Assembly (NCBI GenBank): GCA_964580405.1
Contig: CAZOKM010000001.1
Location: forward strand, 1-42,410
Length of the DNA stretch: 42,410 nt
Direction: 5' to 3'
Source: an uncultured Candidatus Bathyarchaeia archaeon
GTDB taxonomy: Archaea; Thermoproteota; Bathyarchaeia; Bathyarchaeales; DTEX01
This document shows positions 36,342 through 42,410 of this stretch, one piece after another. The notes beneath the pieces are model-generated. The model was not told where the DNA came from, made no database searches, and saw only the letters and a program-made list of their open reading frames with translations. The translations under genes and the position numbers were made by a program. Numbering within the stretch: position 1 is the first letter of the stretch; the number at the start of each line of letters is the position of its first letter.

Positions 36342-36854
36342 ATGGTAAGAACCTTTACCAAAAACGAAAAGTCTGCTTTAAAAAGTATTCTGGATGCTAA
36401 GGGAAATTATACGCTTCTATTGTCCACTCAAACTCCGAAGCAAATAGTAGTCGGCAAATTGGGTCTAGGCGCCTTTCCCGCGGGCATCTACGCGTATACT
36501 GGATCCGCGTTCGGCAAAGGCTCGTTGAGTCTCGGCGGGCGAATCCTGAGGCACGCCAGGAGGGACAAGGCGAAACGGTGGCACATCGACTACCTGTTGT
36601 CTGACGATGACTTTCACCTAGCAGCTGTCGTCGCGGGTGTAGTGAGTCGAAGGATGGAGTGCGAGTTGAACAAGGCTTTAAAGGAAGCGTTCCGCGCGCG
36701 GATTCCGTTTCTTGGCTTCGGGTCGTCGGACTGCACGGAGCGCTGTGGCAGTCACCTTCTGTTTCTTGGTCACGCCCGCAACGTTGTCGAGAGGACCGTT
36801 GAGTTGTACGAGGCGGAGGCTGACGGCGGAGTTTACTTGTTCAGGTTCGCGTGA
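36342..36854 (+). CDS. DUF123 (GIY-YIG/Uri superfamily-like) protein
   Basis: Blocks GIYAYTGSAFG...L..RILRH....KAKRWHIDYLL. Confidence 0.7.
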   Translation: MVRTFTKNEKSALKSILDAKGNYTLLLSTQTPKQIVVGKLGLGAFPAGIYAYTGSAFGKGSLSLGGRILRHARRDKAKRWHIDYLLSDDDFHLAAVVAGVVSRRMECELNKALKEAFRARIPFLGFGSSDCTERCGSHLLFLGHARNVVERTVELYEAEADGGVYLFRFA

Positions 36855-36922
36855 GCTCCGTGCTTCTCGGTAAACGCATAAATCGTTGGGAACCGTGAGA
36901 ATACGCTTCTGAGGGACGCCTA

Positions 36923-37384
36923 TTGGTTTTATGCGTTCGGAAGGCTTCTTTTGACGACTTGGACATCCTACTTAGGGTTGAGGCTGAGTGCTTCGGGGAG
37001 GAGGCTTTCAGCAGGGACCAGCTCGTCTACTGCTTGTCGTCGCCAGATTTTGTTTCCTTAACTGCCTTGGCGGATGGTGAGATTGTCGGCTTCGTCATTG
37101 GCTCTGCTGAAAAGGCTACTGAAGGAAGTGTGGGTCACGCTTACACTTTAGACGTGGAGAAGGGCTGCAGGAGGCAGGGAATCGGCGGCAAGCTCCTTGA
37201 GGCTTTCGAGTCCGCTTTGGTTAAGATGGGTGTGAGGTTCTTTGTTCTTGAGGTGCGTGTCGACAATGTTGCCGCAAGGAGGCTGTACTCGAAACACGGT
37301 TACAAGCCCGTCGCCAAGCTCAGGGACTATTATGACGAGGGCGTTGACGCGGTGAGGTTAAAGAAGGCTGCGGCAGCGCCGTGA
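36923..37384 (+). CDS. GNAT-family N-acetyltransferase (RimI-like)
   Basis: Acetyl-CoA motif RRQGIGGKLL and the typical beta4-alpha3 region. The only in-frame start is TTG at 36923. Confidence 0.75.
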   Translation: MVLCVRKASFDDLDILLRVEAECFGEEAFSRDQLVYCLSSPDFVSLTALADGEIVGFVIGSAEKATEGSVGHAYTLDVEKGCRRQGIGGKLLEAFESALVKMGVRFFVLEVRVDNVAARRLYSKHGYKPVAKLRDYYDEGVDAVRLKKAAAAP

Positions 37385-37462
37385 ACGGTGTTTGTTTGAT
37401 ATATGCTTATATTTGTCGTGCCACCAAGTTGTTTTCGTGGATTTAAGGAGGATTCGTTGAGT

Positions 37463-37780
37463 ATGTTTTGTCGTAGCTGCGGGAAAGAGGTCGCTGAGGG
37501 CATGAACTACTGCCCGGCGTGCGGCGCTTCGACCAAGAAGACGGCGACTGAGGTTTACTCGGTTTCGTCGGAGGACCTCGTCAGGAAGGTGAAGGAGCTG
37601 ATCCACGAGGGCAACGTCACCAAGATCATCGTCAAGAACGAGCACAACGAAACCTTGATTGAAATTCCCGTTACCGTCGGCGTCATCGGCGCGCTGCTCG
37701 TTCCGTGGATGGCGGTCCTCGGCGTCATCGCGGCCATGGTCACGCGGTGCAAGATCGTCGTCGAAAGGCGAGAAGACTAA
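37463..37780 (+). CDS. zinc-ribbon / DUF4342-like small protein
   Basis: AGGAGG 12 nt upstream of the ATG. CRSCG...CPACG ribbon, then VRKVKELIHEGNVTKIIVKNE and a hydrophobic tail. Confidence 0.65.
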   Translation: MFCRSCGKEVAEGMNYCPACGASTKKTATEVYSVSSEDLVRKVKELIHEGNVTKIIVKNEHNETLIEIPVTVGVIGALLVPWMAVLGVIAAMVTRCKIVVERRED

Positions 37781-37810
37781 TCAGCAATTCCGTGCATTCT
37801 TTTTCTATTC

Positions 37811-37818
37811 TTTTTTTT
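37811..37818 (+). terminator. oligo-T tract (T8) within the T8-GGATTC-A7 inverted repeat
   Basis: Lies about 30 nt after the stop at 37778-37780. Confidence 0.4.
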
Positions 37819-37901
37819 GGATTCAAAAAAATAGATAAACTTCTTTAGTACTCTACAGACACGTAAGACTCTCGAGGCGCTGCGTCAAGGGCGAGTTTGC
37901 C

Positions 37902-38612
37902 GTGGGCGAAGACAAGCCTGTCAGGGTTTCAGTCGTGATTCCGACCTTTCAAGAGGAGCGGTACATAGGCGGCTTGCTGTCGAAGCTTTCGGCGGCTGGT
38001 CCGGGTCTTGAGGTCGTCGTCGTTGATGGCGGGAGCACGGACGGCACGGTTGAGGTTGCGAGGCGGTTCACGGACAAGGTTTTCGTGGTCAACAAGCGGG
38101 GAATCGCCGTGGCCAAGAACTTCGGTGGTCGCGTGGCGAGGGGCGACGTTATCGTTTACATGGACACGGATGTTTCTCCGCCAGCGGACTTCGCAGACAA
38201 GACTTTAAGAGCCTTCGAGGACCATCGGGTAGTAGGCGCAACGTGCAACATCATGCCTCTGAACCCCCGGGTTTCGGAGCTTGTCTTCTTCGTTTTTTAC
38301 AATAAGCTCCTCCAGTTCATGACGAGGGTCAAGCCTCACGCGAGGGGCGAGTTTCTGGCAGTGCGTAAAAGCGCATTCACCAAGGTTGGTGGTTATGATG
38401 AGTTGCTGCCGTGCATTGAGGACCACGATTTCGCGCTTCGGGTTTCCAAGCTCGGGAGATTCCGTTTCGTTTCAGACCTGTGCGTGTACGAGTCGATGAG
38501 GCGGTTCCGGAGGTCGGGTCTCCTTAGCGTTTTAAAGACTTGGACGGTCGACTACGTTTCCTACGTGTTGTTCCGCAGGACCGTTTCGAAGGTGTGGGTG
38601 CCCGTCCGGTAA
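37902..38612 (+). CDS. family 2 glycosyltransferase
   Basis: VSVVIPTFQEE, VDGGSTDGT, YMDTD (DxD). GTG start. Confidence 0.8.
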   Translation: MGEDKPVRVSVVIPTFQEERYIGGLLSKLSAAGPGLEVVVVDGGSTDGTVEVARRFTDKVFVVNKRGIAVAKNFGGRVARGDVIVYMDTDVSPPADFADKTLRAFEDHRVVGATCNIMPLNPRVSELVFFVFYNKLLQFMTRVKPHARGEFLAVRKSAFTKVGGYDELLPCIEDHDFALRVSKLGRFRFVSDLCVYESMRRFRRSGLLSVLKTWTVDYVSYVLFRRTVSKVWVPVR

Positions 38613-38674
38613 GATGCGAAAAGGTAAAGTTTATCAGAAATCAGTCGTATTTCGTTGCTATTGGAGCTCGGGAC

Positions 38675-39733
38675 ATGCCTCTGCCTGCGAAGACGTTTGG
38701 GCTGGTTAAGCGTTCGTTCAAGCGTCCGAGGACCTACCACGCTCAGTGGATGGTGACGCGGAGGTGTAACTACCGCTGCAGGGGGTGCAGCGTATGGTCC
38801 GAGCAGGACTCTAAGGAGCTTTCTGCGGACGAAATCAAAAAGGGGCTTGACATTCTTTCTGACTTGGGCGTTTTGGAGATCGTGTTTTCGGGCGGCGACC
38901 CGCTGCTGAGGGGCGACATCGGCGAGATTCTGGACTACGCGTCGAAGAGGTTCATCACGACGGTCTACGACAACGGCAGCATGGCGGCAAAAAAGGTCGA
39001 TGCGTTGCGGAACGTCGACTTCGTGGCGATTTCGCTTGACACGCTGGACGAGGAGAAAAACGATCACCTGAAGGGCGTTCCGGGAGCTTGGAAGAGCGCG
39101 ATGAATTCTATCGAGGTTCTGAAGCGCGAGGGGATTCACGTGGGGGTTTCGCCTACGATTTCGCAGTTCAACGTCGGCGAGATCGTCGACTTCACGAGGC
39201 ACTTCATCGCCCAGAACACACCCGTCTGGTTCTGCCTCTACTGGTACGACCCCCAGTTCGAGGACGGGATGTTCAGCATCGGAAAGAGGAACGACGAGTA
39301 CGAGGTCAGGGACAAGCAGGCACTGGTCAAAGTCTTCGACGAGCTCCTCGTGCTCAGGGAACAGAGCAGCAACGTGTACATCACGAAGAAGACCCTTCAA
39401 GCATTGAGGCAGCTCACCCTGAACGGCGAACACGCTTGGACTTGCAGGGCTCTCGACGGCTTCCTCATCGTCGACCACCTCGGGAGGGTCGCGGGGTGCC
39501 ACAGCAGGGAGCCCGTGGCTTCGGTTTTCGACCTTCCGAAGGTCTGGAAGAGCGCTGAGCTCAACAGGCTCAGGAGGGAGTACAGGCAGTGCGACAAGTG
39601 CGCGTACCTCTGCTACGTCTTCTATTCGGTTCACGCGGGGCTCGGGGGCACCGTTGACATCCTCCGCGACCAGTGGAAGAACGCCAAGACCATCATAGGC
39701 GAGCAGCAAGCAAAACAAGCGAATAACAAATAG
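38675..39733 (+). CDS. radical SAM protein with Cys-rich C-terminal (SPASM/twitch-like) region
   Basis: CNYRCRGC (CxxxCxxC), FSGGDPLL, and C-terminal Cys residues (WTCRAL...GCHS...CDKCAYLCY). ATG at 38675 is preceded by GGAG. The longer track ORF starting at 38540 overlaps the GT2 gene. Confidence 0.8.
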   Translation: MPLPAKTFGLVKRSFKRPRTYHAQWMVTRRCNYRCRGCSVWSEQDSKELSADEIKKGLDILSDLGVLEIVFSGGDPLLRGDIGEILDYASKRFITTVYDNGSMAAKKVDALRNVDFVAISLDTLDEEKNDHLKGVPGAWKSAMNSIEVLKREGIHVGVSPTISQFNVGEIVDFTRHFIAQNTPVWFCLYWYDPQFEDGMFSIGKRNDEYEVRDKQALVKVFDELLVLREQSSNVYITKKTLQALRQLTLNGEHAWTCRALDGFLIVDHLGRVAGCHSREPVASVFDLPKVWKSAELNRLRREYRQCDKCAYLCYVFYSVHAGLGGTVDILRDQWKNAKTIIGEQQAKQANNK

Positions 39734-39758
39734 CTGTTTTCCTTGTCGGGGTCAGCTT

Positions 39759-39801
39759 GGTCTGTTTTGTTCGTTAAAGGGTTTTTTGTTTTGACTAACA
39801 A
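39759..39801 (+). repeat. bipartite intergenic element, copy 1 (GGTCTGTTTTGTTC - 15 nt - GTTTTGACTAACAA)
   Basis: Cores at 39759-39772 and 39788-39801. Confidence 0.8.
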
Positions 39802-39898
39802 TGCGAGCTTGGTTCAACTGTTTTTGTGCGACAATAGTTTTTTCTCTTTGCGCGACGTTATTCGACGTCGTGGAATGCGCGGCGTTGGAGCTTAGGGC

Positions 39899-40738
39899 AT
39901 GCTAGAGACCGAAAAGTTCTTCGCAGCCTCGGCAAAGGAGCTTGAGGGACTCCCGTACTACGAGATGATAAGTAAGCTAGGGTTGCTCTCGTTCAACACT
40001 CAGGGGAACAGGCCGATTGAGCTCGTCGCCGAACTAACAAACATCACAAGCTCCAACACAGTGCTGATTGTCGGCTGCGGCTCAGGTGGCACGGCGGTGC
40101 TCTTGGCTGAGGCTTCGGGCGCGACGGTGCTCGGGGTTGACATCGCGGCGGGGTCGGTTCGTGCTGCTTTTGCCCTAGCTTCGAAGTCGCCTGCCCGCGG
40201 GAGGGCTTCGTTCTTGGTTGGGGACGCGCACGCCCTGCCCTTCAGGCTCGGTTCGTTCGACGTGGTTGTGACCGAGTACATGGCGTTCTTCCTGCGTCAG
40301 GCCACGTTCAACGGGTTCTTTTCGGCGCTCAAGAGTGGCGGGCAGGTTGCTTTGGCTGAGCTTATGAAGGACCCGACTGTGGATGCAGTTGCGGACTCGA
40401 AGATTCTAGGGGCGGAGGAGTCGTACTCGGAGGTTCTGGGGTACAGGTTCCACATTCCCCTCGTCGCTGAGTACGTTGACTACTTGGGGAAAGCTGGCTT
40501 CGTGGGCGTCTGCGTGTCCGAGAGGTTCAAGGAGCCGGGCTTCCGAGATAAGGTCAGGAACATGGGTGGCTGGAAGAACATGCTCAGGATCGTCTGGGTC
40601 ACGTTGAGGCTCATGGTTACGAGCTCGGATCTCAGGAATAAATTCCTTAAGGTCGGACGCGTGAAGAGGGTCCTCGTCCAGAACCGCTCCACGGCGAAGT
40701 ACGTTTTCCAGGCGATCGTGATGGCGAGGAAGCCCTGA
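39899..40738 (+). CDS. class I SAM-dependent methyltransferase
   Basis: Motif I VLIVGCGSGG, an acidic residue at the end of beta2 (VLGVD), and motif post-I/II (FDVVVTEY). Confidence 0.8.
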   Translation: MLETEKFFAASAKELEGLPYYEMISKLGLLSFNTQGNRPIELVAELTNITSSNTVLIVGCGSGGTAVLLAEASGATVLGVDIAAGSVRAAFALASKSPARGRASFLVGDAHALPFRLGSFDVVVTEYMAFFLRQATFNGFFSALKSGGQVALAELMKDPTVDAVADSKILGAEESYSEVLGYRFHIPLVAEYVDYLGKAGFVGVCVSERFKEPGFRDKVRNMGGWKNMLRIVWVTLRLMVTSSDLRNKFLKVGRVKRVLVQNRSTAKYVFQAIVMARKP

Positions 40739-40773
40739 CGAATCTCCTAAAGGCACAGTCCATGAGTGACCGA

Positions 40774-40816
40774 GGTCTGTTTTGTTCAACAATGGTTCTG
40801 CAGTTTTGACTAACAA
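40774..40816 (+). repeat. bipartite intergenic element, copy 2
   Basis: Cores at 40774-40787 and 40803-40816 are identical to copy 1 (14/14 each). The spacer is the same 15-nt length but unrelated in sequence. Confidence 0.8.
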
Positions 40817-40991
40817 ACAGCGTAGCCACAGACCTGTCCTGTTTTTGAGTGGCAAATTCTTTTACTGTTCCATTATTCTCACAGTAATGTGGATGTTTCT
40901 GCTGGAAAGGCGAGTCACCCATGGTAGGAAGATGAATAAGAGGATTCCTTATCTATGTGCATCACAGTTATTTAGGGCGAAGAGTGGAGCA

Positions 40992-41135
40992 ATGCCTAGA
41001 GATCCCGTATGTGGAATGGTTCTGGACGAGAGAACAGCCAGATTCAAGATCAACCATGAAGGAGAAACGTATTATTTCTGCAGCGTGAAATGCAAGAAGA
41101 GGTTCAAAAGGAATCCTCAGAGATCTTTAAGGTAG
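40992..41135 (+). CDS. small YHS/TRASH-domain metal-binding protein
   Basis: MPRDPVCGMVLDE...GETYYFCSVKCKKRFKRNP, 47 aa. The N-terminal extension of the track ORF (from 40782) runs through the repeat element and is not credible. Confidence 0.7.
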   Translation: MPRDPVCGMVLDERTARFKINHEGETYYFCSVKCKKRFKRNPQRSLR

Positions 41136-41218
41136 GTCGGATTTCTGGCTAGCTGGGATTTGGATTCTTGTTTTGGAATGCTGCTTGCGTTGAAGGGTCA
41201 TTTTGAAGGTTGACTTGA

Positions 41219-41407
41219 ATGGATTTGAAGGTTGGAGACGTCTATAAGTGTCCTGAAGGCCATAACGCCAAGATAGTGTGGATCAGCGAAAACGGGAAGG
41301 TCGTAGGGGTCAAGTGCTCTTATGAACACTTCGAGAAAATGGAGAAAGTGAATAACAAGGAAAGAAAAATCTTTCACAAGGACGTAGTTTTCCTCATCAC
41401 AATCTAA
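41219..41407 (+). CDS. small hypothetical protein (62 aa)
   Basis: ATG start, followed by a hairpin and T-run. No family recognised. Confidence 0.45.
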   Translation: MDLKVGDVYKCPEGHNAKIVWISENGKVVGVKCSYEHFEKMEKVNNKERKIFHKDVVFLITI

Positions 41408-41413
41408 ACATGC

Positions 41414-41444
41414 AAAAGCGTAAACGCGCGCGCGCTTTTGTTTG
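41414..41444 (+). terminator. GC-rich hairpin followed by a T-run
   Basis: AAAAGCG (41414-41420) pairs with CGCTTTT (41433-41439), followed by TTTTGTTTG. Confidence 0.45.
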
Positions 41445-41475
41445 AACAACATTTGCGCCTAGGCTGAATAGGCCC

Positions 41476-41518
41476 TGTCTGTTTTGTGTATCATCGGCTT
41501 TCAGATTTTGTCTAGCAA
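41476..41518 (+). repeat. bipartite intergenic element, copy 3 (diverged)
   Basis: tgtctgttttgtgt at 41476-41489, a 15-nt spacer, then attttgtctagcaa at 41505-41518. The spacing matches copies 1 and 2. Confidence 0.65.
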
Positions 41519-41704
41519 ATGCAGCCTGAACCTAATCTGATTTGATCATCAAATTTTTTTCAATTATGATCATCAAACAGCGCTGTCGTGGACCCGTTCT
41601 GATTTGGGCGCAAGTTTTCGATTGTTTTGGGGCGCAAATTTATGTAGGTTCTCATCCGCCTAGGGGGGCTATGTACAGGCTGGTCCGAGAAGCTGACCAT
41701 TTTT

Positions 41705-42112
41705 CTAGGCGTCGTCCTTTGTTTCGGCGTCCCACGGGTACGGCAGCAGGTCCCTGAGCTTGACCTTTTTGTCCTCGGCGATGATGACTTCGGCTTCCAT
41801 GTTGCGCTCGTGGATCTGGCTCATGAACTCCCTGCACCTGCCGCACGGCGGGATCGGCTTGCCGCCCTCGGCGACCGCCACTATCTTCCTGACTACGAGC
41901 TCGCCGCCGGTGACCATCGCGGCGACGGCGCTGTGCTCCGCGCAGAACCCCATGCCGCTGCCCGTGTCGACGCAGACCCCCACGAACACGTTACCACCCT
42001 CAGACACCAAAGCACAACCAACGTCCCCAACACTCAAACCATGCCTAATCCTCCTCGGCTTAAGGACTGACTGTGCTTTCTTAATTAATTCCTCGTCGTT
42101 TATAGTAGTCAT
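41705..42112 (-). CDS. cdd: cytidine deaminase family protein (CDA / blasticidin-S deaminase-like)
   Basis: Zinc motifs CAEHSA and PCGRCRE. 135 aa. Confidence 0.8.
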   Translation of the reverse strand: MTTINDEELIKKAQSVLKPRRIRHGLSVGDVGCALVSEGGNVFVGVCVDTGSGMGFCAEHSAVAAMVTGGELVVRKIVAVAEGGKPIPPCGRCREFMSQIHERNMEAEVIIAEDKKVKLRDLLPYPWDAETKDDA

Positions 42113-42264
42113 TCAGAACCATCTGCCAGCAAAACAATAAAGAGTTTACACCCTGTTTACCTTGTCGATTAAAATTTCATATCTCAAACATTTAGGAAAC
42201 ATTTTTTCCAATGTATTAAAAAAATATAAGCATCTAATAGAGAAATATATTAAAGTGGAAAAAT

Positions 42265-42410
42265 ATGATAATTCTCTCAAACATTCAAATCTTTAATTTC
42301 AAAAATATTAAGAACACAAGCCTAAACGATCTGAAAGATATTAACATTATTATTGGACCAAATAACTGTGGAAAAACAAATGTATTAGAGGCTATAAAAA
42401 GACTAAAAAC
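42265..42410 (+). CDS. P-loop ATPase, N-terminal fragment (AAA_15/AAA_21 / OLD-like type); continues beyond the window
   Basis: Hand-translated and not in the ORF track: MIILSNIQIFNFKNIKNTSLNDLKDINIIIGPNNCGKTNVLEAIKRLK, with Walker A GPNNCGKT. Lies in an AT-rich block. Confidence 0.6.
   Translation, partial: MIILSNIQIFNFKNIKNTSLNDLKDINIIIGPNNCGKTNVLEAIKRLK

Noticed and set aside
38540-38674. Extended start of the second radical SAM ORF.
   Set aside because: It overlaps the 3' end of the GT2 gene in another frame. ATG 38675 has a GGAG motif upstream and gives a normal distance to the CxxxCxxC motif.
40782-40991. N-terminal 70 residues of the track ORF 40782..41135.
   Set aside because: This part runs through the intergenic repeat element and has a non-protein-like sequence. 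The conserved YHS domain starts at ATG 40992, which has its own GAGTGGAG Shine-Dalgarno-like motif.

Overview
Archaeal chromosomal segment. Evidence: ribosomal protein S25e, an Sm-like protein, a diglycine MoaD/SAMP-type protein, an intron-containing tRNA, and a Tes/GDGT-MAS-like radical SAM enzyme. The lineage cannot be fixed from this window. The backbone is moderately GC-rich and densely coding on both strands. It is interrupted by visibly AT-rich accessory blocks at about 1161-2968, 3845-6680, 26491-27390 and 42113-42410.

Content in order:
- EcfT fragment.
- AT-rich cassette of secreted proteins, flanked by near-identical repeats.
- HEAT-repeat protein.
- Tandem paralogous glycoprotein genes followed by an ABC-2 exporter.
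- Sm protein, an M48 protease and an M50B-like protease.
- Sugar or glucuronide-type island: GH2 beta-glucuronidase, an unknown TIM-barrel-like protein, an MDR dehydrogenase, an MtlD-like dehydrogenase, an unknown protein, a cyclophilin-like protein, YdjC, MDH and TrmB. tRNA-Arg and two small membrane proteins are inserted within it.
- Tes-like radical SAM enzyme, S25e, tRNA-Glu with an intron, an M20 peptidase and an 870-aa unknown protein.
- Copper module: PadR-TRASH regulator, radical SAM/SPASM enzyme, and a CopB-type ATPase with a YHS tail.
- SAMP, DUF123 and GNAT genes.
- GT2, radical SAM and methyltransferase cluster, then a YHS protein and cytidine deaminase.
- 5' end of a defence-type P-loop ATPase at the window edge.

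Most notable observations:
1. Two conserved genes are each interrupted by a single in-frame TAG, with clearly coding sequence continuing downstream.
2. A bipartite 14+15+14 nt element recurs three times after consecutive genes.
3. The metal-sensing arrangement around the ATPase is unusual.
4. A cyclophilin-like gene has a conserved N-terminal half but no canonical start codon.

No CRISPR array, rRNA, transposase or integrase was seen.
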